A stretch of DNA of 64,000 nt from Thermoplasmata archaeon. Lineage in GTDB: Archaea; Thermoplasmatota; E2; JACPAO01; JAHFTW01. A program made the translations under genes and the position numbers. The notes below the pieces were generated by a model that was not told where the DNA came from, did no database searches, and saw only the letters and a program-made list of their open reading frames with translations. Of the stretch, positions 9,393-18,460 are shown piece by piece. Every line of letters begins with the position of its first letter. The stretch's first letter is position 1. The stretch lies in assembly GCA_034667745.1 (NCBI GenBank), contig JAXDQP010000062.1:958-64957 (forward strand), in the 5' to 3' direction.

Positions 9393-10790
9393 TTGTCCGA
9401 TTTTAGTCATGCCTGCCCAGGCGCGCCGAGGAATCGCCACGCGCTTCATATCCTCTCTCCCGGGATTCCGGGTGTGCCCAAGCACATCGTCCTCGCCTAC
9501 TCCGGCGGCCTCGACACCTCCGTGATGGTCCACTGGCTCAAGACCCGCCACGGCGCGAAGGTCACCTGCGCCATGCTGGACCTCGGCCAGGGCAAGGAGG
9601 CGCTCGCGGAGGCCAAGGCGCGCGCCATGGCCAACGGCGCCGCCGCCTGCATCGTGCTGCCCGCGAAGGAGGAGTTCGCCAGCGACTTCCTGGCCCCCTC
9701 CATCCGCGCCAACGCCATCTACGAGGGCGTCTACCCGCTCGCGACCGCCATCGGGCGCCCCCTCATCGCCAAGAAGCTCGTCGAGGCCGTCCAGCAGGTC
9801 GGCGGCGACGCCGTCGCGCACGGCTGCACCGGCAAGGGCAACGACCAGGTCCGCATCGAGGCCGGCGTCAAGGCGCTCCTGCCCGGCATGGTCTGCCTCG
9901 CCCCGCAGCGCAGCCACCCCATGACCCGCGTCGCGACCGTCGAGTACGCGGCCAAGCACAAGCTCCAGGTGCCGCAGCTCAAGCGCAGTACCTACTCCAC
10001 GGACGAGAACCTGTGGGGCCGCAGCATCGAGGGCGGCGACACCGAGGACCCGGCGCACGCCGTCCACGAGGACGCCTACCTGTGGACCGTTTCGCCCCAG
10101 AAGGCCCCCAACACGCCCGCCGAGATGAGCATCCAGTTCGAGGCGGGCCTCCCCGTCGCGGTCGACGGCAAGCGCATGGCCCTGTGGGACCTCGTCGCCC
10201 ACGTCGGCAAGCTCGCCGGCGCGCACGGCGTCGGCCGCATCGACCACGTCGAGAACCGCCTCGTCGGCATCAAGAGCCGCGAGATCTACGAGGCGCCCGC
10301 CGCCGTCACCATCCTGTTCGCCAAGAAGGCGCTGGAGGCGCTCACCCTCACGAAGGAGGAGATGAAGCTCAAGCCCTTCCTGGAGCAGCAGTTCGCGCAG
10401 AACGTCTACGACGGCCTCTGGTACGCGCCGGTCATGCAGGCCCTCCGCGCCGGCATCGACACCATGCAGCAGCACGTCTCCGGCACGGTCAAGGTCCAGC
10501 TCTACAAGGGCAACGTCAGCCTGCTCGGCCGCACCAGCCCGCTGTCGCTGTTCAAGGACAACCTCGCCACCTACGGCACGAAGGACGCCTTCAACCACGG
10601 CGCCAGCGAGGGCTTCATCGAGATCTGGAGCCTGCCGACCGAGACCGCGAACGCGGTGCGCCAGGGCCAGAAGAAAGCCGTCGGCGCCAAGCCGAAGGGC
10701 GCCCAGGCGGCCGTCAGCGTGGGCAAGCCCGGCAAGGACATCACCGGCGTCGTGGCCAAGGCCAAGGTGGCCCTCAAGGCGAAGGCATGA
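9393..10790 (+). CDS. argG: argininosuccinate synthase
   Basis: AYSGGLDTS PP-loop, full-length family match; true start probably the GTG at 9474 (VPKHIVLAYSGG), the 27 upstream codons look like an over-extension. Confidence 0.95.
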   Translation: MSDFSHACPGAPRNRHALHILSPGIPGVPKHIVLAYSGGLDTSVMVHWLKTRHGAKVTCAMLDLGQGKEALAEAKARAMANGAAACIVLPAKEEFASDFLAPSIRANAIYEGVYPLATAIGRPLIAKKLVEAVQQVGGDAVAHGCTGKGNDQVRIEAGVKALLPGMVCLAPQRSHPMTRVATVEYAAKHKLQVPQLKRSTYSTDENLWGRSIEGGDTEDPAHAVHEDAYLWTVSPQKAPNTPAEMSIQFEAGLPVAVDGKRMALWDLVAHVGKLAGAHGVGRIDHVENRLVGIKSREIYEAPAAVTILFAKKALEALTLTKEEMKLKPFLEQQFAQNVYDGLWYAPVMQALRAGIDTMQQHVSGTVKVQLYKGNVSLLGRTSPLSLFKDNLATYGTKDAFNHGASEGFIEIWSLPTETANAVRQGQKKAVGAKPKGAQAAVSVGKPGKDITGVVAKAKVALKAKA

Positions 10791-12223
10791 GCACGGCAGT
10801 CTGGCAGGCGCGTACCGGCTCCGGGCTGCACCCCGACCTCCTGGCCTACTCGCAGACCATCGCGGAGGACCGTCCGTTCCTGGTGCACGACCTCGCCGGC
10901 AGCAGCGCCCACGTCCTCGGCCTCGCCAAGGCGGGCCTGCTGACGAAGGACGAGGCGAAGCAGCTCCTCGCGGGCCTGCGGCTCGTGCTGCGCGACCACG
11001 AGGCCGGCACCTTCGCCCTCGACGTCGAGCTGGAGGACGTCCACATGAACGTCGAGGCCCGCCTCACCGCGCAACTCGGCGACGTGGGCCGCCGCCTGCA
11101 CACCGGGCGCTCGCGCAACGACCAGGTCGCCACCTGCATCGTCCTCTACGCGCGCGCCGGCTTGGCCCGCCTCGCCCAGGGCCTCAACGCCCTCGGCGAC
11201 GCCGTCGCCCGGCAGGCCGAGGCCAACCTGGAAACGCCGTGGGTCGCCCGCACGCACGGGATGCCCGCGCAGCCCGCCACGGTCGGCTTCCTGCTCGCCG
11301 CGCACGCGCACCGCCTCCAGGACGCGGCCAAGGCCACCCTCGCCGCGTTCGAGGCCGTCGGCGAGTCACCGCTCGGTTCCGGCGCCATCGGCGGCTCCAC
11401 GCTGCCGCTCGACCCGGCCTACACGGCGCGCCTCATGGGCCTGCGCCCGCCGCGCAGCGCGCTGCTGGCCACCGGCACCCGCGACGCCGTGCTCCTGCCG
11501 TGCCTTGCGGCGCAGCAGGCCGGCCTCGCGCTCGCCAGCCTCAGCCAGGACCTCATCGACCTGTTCAAGGAGGGCGCCCTCAAGCTGCCCCCTGGCTACA
11601 CGACGGGCTCCAGCCTGATGCCGCAGAAGCGCAACCCAGACGCGTTGGAGTTGGCGCGCGGCCGCAGCAAGGCCCTCGCAGGCCCCGCCGCCGCGGTGTC
11701 CGCCATCCTGTCGGGGCTGGGGCTGGGCTACCAGCGCGACTTCCAGCTCACCAAGCCCTACCTGGTGGCCGCCCTGGGGGACGCCGCCGCGACGGCCGAG
11801 CTTCTCGCGCCGCTCGTGGACGGGATGCAGTGCCTTCCTGCCGGCGCCGAGTGGGGCAAGCCGGGCATCGTCGCCACCGACGTCGCCGAGGCCCTCGTGC
11901 GCGCGGGCCAGCCGTTCCGCACCGCCTACGCCACCGTCGCGCAGGCGTTCGCCAAGGTGGAGTCCGGCATGACGTTCCAGGCCGCGCTTGAGGCCCAGGG
12001 CCTCTCCGCCGAGCACCTGGAGGCCGCGCTCTCGGCCTTGCAGCCGGACCCCTCCCGCCGCGCCACCGTCGGCGGCCCCGCGCCGGTCGCCGTCAAGGCC
12101 AGCCTTTCCCACTTCACTGCACAGTCCCGCGAGGTCGCCGCGCGCGTCGCCGCCGCGCAGAAGGCAGCCGAGTTGCCCCTCGACCTCCTGACCCGACCGA
12201 CCGACACCCTCCTGGAGAGCTAG
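10787..12223 (+). CDS. argH: argininosuccinate lyase
   Basis: ATG at 10787 overlaps argG stop (ATGA); fumarate-lyase signature GSSLMPQKRNPD. Confidence 0.9.
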   Translation: MSTAVWQARTGSGLHPDLLAYSQTIAEDRPFLVHDLAGSSAHVLGLAKAGLLTKDEAKQLLAGLRLVLRDHEAGTFALDVELEDVHMNVEARLTAQLGDVGRRLHTGRSRNDQVATCIVLYARAGLARLAQGLNALGDAVARQAEANLETPWVARTHGMPAQPATVGFLLAAHAHRLQDAAKATLAAFEAVGESPLGSGAIGGSTLPLDPAYTARLMGLRPPRSALLATGTRDAVLLPCLAAQQAGLALASLSQDLIDLFKEGALKLPPGYTTGSSLMPQKRNPDALELARGRSKALAGPAAAVSAILSGLGLGYQRDFQLTKPYLVAALGDAAATAELLAPLVDGMQCLPAGAEWGKPGIVATDVAEALVRAGQPFRTAYATVAQAFAKVESGMTFQAALEAQGLSAEHLEAALSALQPDPSRRATVGGPAPVAVKASLSHFTAQSREVAARVAAAQKAAELPLDLLTRPTDTLLES

Positions 12224-13237
12224 ATGACCACGACCGTCACGAAGGCCCGCGCCGCGACCGCCGCCCCCACCCCCATCCGGGCCGCCGCCGTCCCCGGCGC
12301 CCGCAGCGTCTTGGGCATGCAGGACGTCGCGCCCTACCTCGGCGAGCTGCTGGAGGACGCGATGGCGCTCAAGGCGCAGGGCCGCAAGGGGCCGCTGCCG
12401 CAGAGCCTCGCCGGCAAGGCCATCCTCATGATCTACGAGAAGAACTCGACGCGCACCCGCGTCAGCTTCGAGGTCGGCGTGCAGCGCCTGGGCGGCATCG
12501 CCATCAACCTCGACAGCCAGACCTCGCAGCTCTCGCGCGGCGAGTCGATGGAGGACACTGCACAGGTGCTGTCGCGCTACGGCCACGCGCTGGTCTACCG
12601 CGCCAACCGCCACGACTCGCTGGAGGCGCTCGCGCGCTACGCGACGGTGCCGGTCGTGAACGCGCTCACCGACAAGGAGCACCCGTGCCAGATCCTGGCC
12701 GACTGGATGACGCTGGCCGAGCACTACGGCGGCGTGGCCAAGCTCAGGGGCAAGGTGTTCTGCTACGTCGGCGACGGCAACAACATGCTCCACTCCTACC
12801 TCCTGGGCGCGGCGATGGCGGGCATGCACGTGCAGGCCGCCTGCCCCAAGGGCTACGAGCCCGACCCCGACGTCCTCGAACAGGCCAAGGCCATCGCGGC
12901 CGCCAACGGCACCCGCATCGTGGTCTTCCGCAAGCCCGAGCAGGCCCTCGACGGCGCCGACGTCGTCGCGACCGACACTTGGGTCAGCATGGGCGACGAG
13001 GCGGAGATGGTGCAGCGCCAGAAGGCGTTCGCCGGCTACACCCTCACCGAGGAGTTGCTGGCCGCCCACGCCGCGCCCGGCGCCGTCTTCCTGCACTGCC
13101 TGCCCGGCCACTGGGGCGAGGAGGCCACCTACGAACTGGCGCACGGCCCGCGCAGCCTCATCTACGACGAGGCCGAGAACCGCATGTGGGCGCAGATGGC
13201 CCTCCTGGTGCGGCTGGTCGGCGACGGGCAAGCCTAA
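12224..13237 (+). CDS. argF: ornithine carbamoyltransferase
   Basis: STRTR carbamoyl-phosphate motif, HCLP motif; starts directly after argH stop. Confidence 0.9.
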   Translation: MTTTVTKARAATAAPTPIRAAAVPGARSVLGMQDVAPYLGELLEDAMALKAQGRKGPLPQSLAGKAILMIYEKNSTRTRVSFEVGVQRLGGIAINLDSQTSQLSRGESMEDTAQVLSRYGHALVYRANRHDSLEALARYATVPVVNALTDKEHPCQILADWMTLAEHYGGVAKLRGKVFCYVGDGNNMLHSYLLGAAMAGMHVQAACPKGYEPDPDVLEQAKAIAAANGTRIVVFRKPEQALDGADVVATDTWVSMGDEAEMVQRQKAFAGYTLTEELLAAHAAPGAVFLHCLPGHWGEEATYELAHGPRSLIYDEAENRMWAQMALLVRLVGDGQA

Positions 13238-13262
13238 TCCGGCGCGGCGGGGTGGAACGCGC

Positions 13263-13895
13263 GTGCGGGTCCTGGACCTGGGGCGCATGGAATACGGCGA
13301 GTGCCTCCAGCTCCAGCACCGTCTGCGCGACGAGCGGCAGCGCGGCGAGGGCGAGGACACGCTGCTGATGGTGGAGCACCCCCCCGTGGCGACGCTGGGG
13401 CGGCGCGGCAGCCCCGACGAGGTCTTCGACAAGACGCTGCCCGTGTTCACCATCGAGCGCGGCGGCAAGGCCACTTACCACGCGCCGGGGCAACTGGTCC
13501 TCTACCCCATCGTCCACCTCGGCGAGGGGAACCGCGACGTGCGCGCCTGGGTGCAGCACCTGGAGCGCTTCGTCATCGGACTGCTGGCGGCGCACGGCAT
13601 CGCGGCGCGCATCGAGCCCGACCTGCCGGGCGTGTGGACGGGGCCGCGCAAGGTCGCGAGCATCGGCATCGCCATCCAGCACTGGGTCAGCTTCCACGGC
13701 ATCGCCGTCAACGTGACGCTGGAGCCGAAAGAGTTCGAGCGCATCGACCCCTGCGGCCTGGGCGCGCAGGTGATGACGAGCATGGCGCGCGAAGGCAGCC
13801 CAGCGACGCTTCAGGATGTGAAGCAATGGGTCGTGCAGCACGCGCCAGGGCATTTCGGTAAGTTTGTTTCAAATCGCAATCAAATCACGAATTAA
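13263..13895 (+). CDS. lipB: lipoyl(octanoyl) transferase
   Basis: 210 aa; LipB-like core (ATYHAPGQLVLYP, GIAVNV); last ~12 codons lie in an AT-rich patch. Confidence 0.8.
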   Translation: MRVLDLGRMEYGECLQLQHRLRDERQRGEGEDTLLMVEHPPVATLGRRGSPDEVFDKTLPVFTIERGGKATYHAPGQLVLYPIVHLGEGNRDVRAWVQHLERFVIGLLAAHGIAARIEPDLPGVWTGPRKVASIGIAIQHWVSFHGIAVNVTLEPKEFERIDPCGLGAQVMTSMAREGSPATLQDVKQWVVQHAPGHFGKFVSNRNQITN

Positions 13896-14079
13896 CGATT
13901 CTTAGTGATTGATTGCTCAATTGCAGTATTTTACTAAATGAATGTATAGCTCATATAGTATTTAAGATTCAAATTGACGCATGGGAAATGCGCATTGCGA
14001 TAAATTGAAGCTAAATCCAGAACAAGCGAGAACAAATCGCGCAGAAGAAAAATCTAAGGAGTGAACCTGACGGTTTCTT
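13896..14079. promoter_or_regulatory. AT-rich (~30-35% GC by eye) non-coding patch with near-palindrome CAATCAAATCAC..GTGATTGATTG; left boundary of island and upstream region of recombinase gene
   Basis: Strong compositional contrast with the surrounding high-GC DNA; palindrome read directly. Confidence 0.5.
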
Positions 14080-14104
14080 GTGGAGATTCCAGGAGTGCAG
14101 TGCA

Positions 14105-14928
14105 TGGTCCGGGTTGCGCTCTACACCCGCGTCTCGACGGAGGACCAGGCGAAGGAGGGCTTCAGCCTGGACGCCCAGCTCGACCGCCTCCGCTTCTACT
14201 CAAAGGCGCAGGGATGGGACGTCGCGGGCGAGTACGTCGACGAGGGGCACAGCGGCCGCACGACGAAGCGCCCAATGTACCAGAAGATGATGGCCGAGCG
14301 CGCCGCGTGGGATGTCCTCTTGGTCCTCAAGATGGACCGCATCCACCGCAACAGCCGCAACTTCATGGCGATGATGGACGAGCTGCGCAAGGAGCAGAAG
14401 GAGTTCGCCAGCGTCACGGAGAGCCTGGACACCGGCACCGCGATGGGCCGCTTCGTCATGGACATCATCCAGCGCATCGCGCAGCTGGAGTCGGACCAGA
14501 TTGGGGAGCGCACCTACGTCGGGATGGAGCAGAAGGCCAAGACCCGCGCCGGCAACCTGGGCAAGCCCGCGCCGTTCGGCTACCGCTACACGCCGGAGGG
14601 CCCGTTTGCCATCGTTCCAGAGGAAGCTACGTTTGTCAGGATTATGTTCGATTCATACGCGAAAGGCGAAAAAAGAGGCGATATAGCGCAAAAGTTGGTC
14701 GAAATGGGGTCGAGGACCCGGTCCGGAAAGGAGTGGGACCGCTGGGCCGTCGCTGACATTCTGCTCAACCCCACCTATGCCGGCGCCACGCAGTGGGCGG
14801 ACCAGGTGCAGCTCGACACCCACCCCGCCATCATCCCGCCGGAGCAGTTTGACGCCGTGCAGGAACGCACGAAAATGGACAGTCCGAAGGCAAACGTGAC
14901 CTTCCTGACCCGGCTCACGGTCAACTGA
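14105..14928 (+). CDS. serine recombinase (resolvase/invertase catalytic domain plus partial 'recombinase' domain; short, ~274 aa)
   Basis: N-terminus MVRVALYTRVSTEDQ (catalytic Ser in the YxRVST motif), DRIHRN; C-terminal part resembles the recombinase domain of large serine recombinases but lacks zinc ribbon and coiled coil. Confidence 0.85.
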
Positions 14929-14956
14929 AGCGACTCGGCTTGGTTAGACCATTTTG

Positions 14957-14982
14957 GTGCCATACGGGCTCCCGTATGGCAC
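14957..14982. other. perfect 26-bp palindrome GTGCCATACGGG-CT-CCCGTATGGCAC (12-2-12), candidate serine-recombinase crossover site
   Basis: Read directly; 29 bp downstream of recombinase stop; geometry matches hix/gix/res-type sites with a central dinucleotide. Confidence 0.6.
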
Positions 14983-14994
14983 TCGGAGAGAACC
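14969..14994. repeat. direct repeat copy 1 CTCCCGTATGGCACTCGGAGAGAACC (pairs with 20745-20770)
   Basis: 26 bp, 25/26 identical to the second copy, same orientation; overlaps the right half of the palindrome. Confidence 0.8.
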
Positions 14995-15083
14995 AGGGGT
15001 CCTGCCGATTGCCATACGGGGTTCCGTGCCACGTGCGGCACGACGTCCGGTATATTTGACATATTCCGGCGGCCGCGCCGGAG

Positions 15084-15090
15084 ATATTTT
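15084..15090 (+). promoter_or_regulatory. TATA-box-like element (ATATTTT) about 25-30 nt upstream of small ORF 15115
   Basis: AT-rich heptamer in GC-rich context; a second TATATTT at 15051-15057. Confidence 0.3.
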
Positions 15091-15114
15091 CTCCAGCTCG
15101 GCCGTGCAGGGGGC

Positions 15115-15207
15115 ATGGACAAGCCGTTCGGCTGGAAGGCGTGGGTCGCGTTCGGGGCCTGCTCCGTGTTTGGGCTCGGCGCCCTCGCCTGGATCTTAGT
15201 GTCCTAG
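15115..15207 (+). CDS. putative 30-aa hydrophobic peptide MDKPFGWKAWVAFGACSVFGLGALAWILVS
   Basis: ATG..TAG ORF below the ORF-track size cutoff; single predicted TM helix; TATA-like box upstream. Confidence 0.3.
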   Translation: MDKPFGWKAWVAFGACSVFGLGALAWILVS

Positions 15208-15299
15208 GCAGTGGACCGCGACGGTGACGACCCCGAGGACGGCGGTCGACGCGAGGCCGAAGGCCCAGGACGCTAGGCGGGCGACGAGCCTCTGGTTCG

Positions 15300-16255
15300 T
15301 CATTCCCACTTCCTCCAGGGCTGGAGCCAGTCGCGGAAGGTGGCGAGGCCGTAGGGGTCGCGCTTCGTCTTCTCGACCTGCTCGGCGGACCACTCGCGGA
15401 CCGCGCGGTCGGGGGCGTCCCCGGCGCCGGGCGTGGCTGCGTTGACGAGCCAACGGGTGATGCCGGAAACGATGCCCGCAGACCCGGACGCGGCCTCGAC
15501 GCCCGTGACGATGGTGTGCCGGGCCGCGTAGTCGACGCCCCCGATGAACTCGTGCCCGACCGCGCTGCCGGTGTCGGCGCTGCCAGGCCAGATGATGGGC
15601 TCGAACGGGACCTTGACCCAGTCGCCCAGGTCAAGCTGCTTCTTCTCCGTCAGTCCGTCCCATCCTACGCCTGCGCCCCAGCCGGAGCTGGAGGATTTAT
15701 CGCCCTCGAGCGGGAGATATTCTTGCGAGCTGGGTGGGGGCGGGGCGACGTCGGCGTAGTGGGCGCCTGCGGGGTCGCGGCCGAGGTCGGCGGGTGGCGC
15801 GTCGAGGAAGTCCCAGTGTCCGTCCTTGGCGTCGTCGCGCAGGCGGAGGTTCAGGTCGAGGCGCGTCTGCGCTTCGGCTGCGGCCTGCTCGGGGTCGGCG
15901 TAGGTGCCGCGCACGTAGTTGGGGCCGCGGATGAAGTCGAGGATGCCGCGCGACTGCTCCACTTGAGCGTCAATCTGCGGGAGCCACTTGGACGCGTCCT
16001 CGCTGCTGCGAACGGAGTCGGCGAGGCGGCCCGCGTTCGGGGTCCACTTGAGCAAGTCGCTCCACGAGATGCGGGACGGCGCCGGAGCGGGCCCAGGAGC
16101 GGAGGCGGGCGTGGGCTCCGGCGCAGGAGTCTCTGGCGAGGGGGAGCTCCCAGGCGCAGGAGCGGGAGGGTGTTTCTTGCGCCACCAGAGCCACCCGCCC
16201 CAGCCCGCGAGGGCGGCCGCGCCGAGGGCGGCGGCTGCGACGTCGTCGCGCTGGG
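15300..16255 (-). CDS. island protein: N-terminal TM helix, Pro-rich linker, ~250-aa C-terminal domain of unknown function; no methionine anywhere in the 318 aa, start codon unresolved
   Basis: Long in-frame ORF immediately after the stop of the 16256-16750 gene; no ATG/GTG/TTG near its 5' end, first TTG is ~70 codons in; possible non-canonical start or -1 frameshift fusion with the upstream gene. Confidence 0.45.
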
Positions 16256-16750
16256 TCAGGTGAACTTCAACTCCCCGCTGACGGCGACGCCGTTGATGCC
16301 TGCGTCGGTGCTGACGACCTGGATGGTGATGCGGTCGCCGAGGGCGGCGACAGGTTCGTTCACGGTGTCGGCTTGCGCGTCGTTGGCAGCGGCCAGGGCG
16401 GGGTGCGTCACGGTGAGCGCGGACGCCACGCCGTTGATGAAGACCGTGACGACGACGGTCTCGCCTGCGCCCAGGGCGGTGCGCAGGACGCTGCGCAACT
16501 GGCGGATGCTGCCGGCGCGCGGCATGACGTAGCTGGATACGACGCTGACGGCGCCGAAGCCGCCGAGGCTGGCGTCCGTGTAGCCCTGCGGGTGGATGTA
16601 GCAGGTGGCGGCGGCCTGGAGCAGGGCGCCGCACCCGAAGGGCTTGCCGCGCTGCGAGTTGCCGAGCTTCGGCGCAGTGACGGCCTGGTCGTCTATCTCG
16701 GCGGTCTGGATGGTCTGGCCGACGCCAGCGCCGCGCCCGATGGTGGTCAC
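16256..16750 (-). CDS. island protein, 164 aa, beta-rich, unknown function
   Basis: ATG start; overlaps next gene by 4 nt (operon-like). Confidence 0.5.
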   Translation of the reverse strand: MTTIGRGAGVGQTIQTAEIDDQAVTAPKLGNSQRGKPFGCGALLQAAATCYIHPQGYTDASLGGFGAVSVVSSYVMPRAGSIRQLRSVLRTALGAGETVVVTVFINGVASALTVTHPALAAANDAQADTVNEPVAALGDRITIQVVSTDAGINGVAVSGELKFT

Positions 16751-17073
16751 TCGTAGGCCTCCAGTTCCTCAACATAGAGGTTGCCCGAGGCGGCATCCAA
16801 GTTGACCCAGAACTCGCCTTGGATGCTCTTGCCGTCGTGCTCGTAGTCCTTCACGATGCTGCCGCCGACGGCGTCGAGGCGGACGCCGCCAGTCAGGCTG
16901 CCGCCGGGGCGGCGGCGCAGGTGCGCGGCGTTGGCCTCGTTGTTGACCACGACGAGCGCGACCCGCAGGGGGTTGAAGGGGAGAAGGAGGGTGTCGACCG
17001 TGCCGACGGCCACGTTGCCCTCGGTCTTGATGCGCACGTTGCCCTTGGCGATGAGCGCGCGGACGTCGGGCAT
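16747..17073 (-). CDS. island protein, 108 aa, unknown function
   Basis: ATG start, 4-nt overlap with downstream gene. Confidence 0.5.
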   Translation of the reverse strand: MPDVRALIAKGNVRIKTEGNVAVGTVDTLLLPFNPLRVALVVVNNEANAAHLRRRPGGSLTGGVRLDAVGGSIVKDYEHDGKSIQGEFWVNLDAASGNLYVEELEAYE

Positions 17074-17076
17074 GGC

Positions 17077-17880
17077 TTACACCTTGGTGTTGACCGGGCG
17101 GACGTAGAGGTCCACGATTTGGACCTCATTGTCGGCGGCGTCGACCAGGAAGTCCGCCGTCGGCATGACCTGGGTGCTGAAGCGCCCGAGGACGCCCAGC
17201 TGGCCCGGCTCGAACATGGCGTGCGCGACGTCGGTGCGGGTGTCGTAGCACAGCACGCCGGGGCGGTGCGTCTGGCCCGCGAAGGCGAGGCGCATGGCGA
17301 TGCCGCTCGTGCTGATGGGGAACGCGGCCAGGACGTCGTAGACGCCCTCCAGCAGCGACTCGTCGGGGGTCAGCGCGCGGTTGTTCCAGTCGTTCGCGTT
17401 CATCGCGGCGGCGGCCGTGACGGTGCGAATCCAGAACCCGCCCTTGGGGTCCACGGCCTGCACGGGGCCGTCGCAGAACTGGGTCACGATGAACTGGTCC
17501 GTGGCGGCGGCCGGGTTGTTGACGGTCTCGTAGCCGACGAGCTCGCCGGGGCGCAGGCGGATGGGCTCGCGGCGGAAGTCGTTGACGACCGGCGGGGAGC
17601 CCGGCTCGACGGTGCTGGAGAGCTTGGGGACCTCGATGGCGCTGCGCTTGTAGGTGTCGCGCAGGCTGGGGGCGACGATGCGGCAGCGGGGCTGCACGGT
17701 GGCGTCGATGCCCGCGAACACGAACGCGACGCCGGGCAGTTCGCCGGGGACGCGGTAGAAGTCGCCGCTGCTGTCGCGCTGGAACAGCGGGGACAGGGTC
17801 TCCGCGATGGCGGCGAGCGGCTGGAGCGTGGCGGCGCCGTCCTGGTTCTCGAACCAGGCGACCATGTGCTGCCGCGTCAC
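17077..17880 (-). CDS. island protein, 267 aa, beta-rich (candidate structural/capsid-like protein; speculative)
   Basis: GTG start overlapping stop of upstream 50-aa gene (GTGA); no recognisable motif. Confidence 0.5.
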   Translation of the reverse strand: MTRQHMVAWFENQDGAATLQPLAAIAETLSPLFQRDSSGDFYRVPGELPGVAFVFAGIDATVQPRCRIVAPSLRDTYKRSAIEVPKLSSTVEPGSPPVVNDFRREPIRLRPGELVGYETVNNPAAATDQFIVTQFCDGPVQAVDPKGGFWIRTVTAAAAMNANDWNNRALTPDESLLEGVYDVLAAFPISTSGIAMRLAFAGQTHRPGVLCYDTRTDVAHAMFEPGQLGVLGRFSTQVMPTADFLVDAADNEVQIVDLYVRPVNTKV

Positions 17881-18029
17881 GCGAGCACCTCCAGGGCGGC
17901 GACCACTTCAGCGGGCGCGAGGGGCTGGAGGCGGGTCAGGCCGGGGCGCTTGACGGTGCCGTCCGCGTTGTAGACGAAGCCGGTCTCGGGGTCCCAGGCC
18001 TCGCGGTCCTTGTTGAGGATGACGGGCAT
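17877..18029 (-). CDS. small island protein, 50 aa (MPVILNKDREAWDPETGFVYNADGTVKRPGL...)
   Basis: ATG..TGA ORF found by manual translation, tightly packed between neighbours (3-nt gap upstream, GTGA overlap downstream). Confidence 0.45.
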   Translation of the reverse strand: MPVILNKDREAWDPETGFVYNADGTVKRPGLTRLQPLAPAEVVAALEVLA

Positions 18030-18032
18030 GGT

Positions 18033-18329
18033 TCACCAGATTTTGCGGCCGAACACCTTCGGCGAGCGGATTTTCAGGGCGCTGGCGATGCGCTTCTGGA
18101 GGCCGCGCCCCATCACGGGGATGGCCATCTGGGCGATGTTCCGGGCGGACACGGCCTCCTTGAGGGCGGGCTTGGCGGCGTTCATGGCGCCCTGCATGTC
18201 GCCGTTCATCGCCGCCTGGACGGCAGGGGTGAACGGCTCGACGGCCTGGACGACGATGTTCGTGGCGACGGCGAGGTCGCTCCAGGACTGCTTCGGCTTG
18301 CGGGGCTTGCTGTTCTTGGGCTTGGTCAT
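18033..18329 (-). CDS. small basic island protein, 98 aa (Lys/Arg-rich N-terminus, possible nucleic-acid binding)
   Basis: MTKPKNSKPRKPKQSW..; ATG start. Confidence 0.5.
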   Translation of the reverse strand: MTKPKNSKPRKPKQSWSDLAVATNIVVQAVEPFTPAVQAAMNGDMQGAMNAAKPALKEAVSARNIAQMAIPVMGRGLQKRIASALKIRSPKVFGRKIW

Positions 18330-18351
18330 GTCAGTGGTCTCCTTGGGTGTC

Positions 18352-18457
18352 TTACTTGCCCCACGTGGGGCGGGGGGCGAGGCGGCGCTTGCACTTGTTG
18401 TAGGCGCTCTTCTTGCGGTGCAGCCCGTGGCAGTACGGGCACTTCTTCAGTTGGGCC
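18352..18457 (-). CDS. 35-aa zinc-ribbon peptide MAQLKKCPYCHGLHRKKSAYNKCKRRLAPRPTWGK
   Basis: CPxC...C spacing typical of a zinc ribbon; ORF below track cutoff, found manually. Confidence 0.4.
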
Positions 18458-18460
18458 ATG

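Noticed and set aside
9393-9473. N-terminal 27-codon extension of argG
   Set aside because: Canonical ArgG begins at the KxIVLAYSGGLDTS block; GTG at 9474 gives that start, the upstream extension is not conserved-looking.
11366-13474. 702-aa minus-strand ORF across argH/argF/lipB
   Set aside because: Antisense GC artefact; the opposite strand carries well-supported genes.
14954-15199. 81-aa plus-strand ORF over the palindrome
   Set aside because: Begins inside the recombination-site palindrome, Arg/Gly/Ser-rich, no start context; judged non-coding.
15300-17880. Calling the island's larger proteins capsid, tail or pilus components
   Set aside because: No recognisable motif or class-III signal peptide; beta-rich composition alone is insufficient, so they are left as unknown structural-like proteins.
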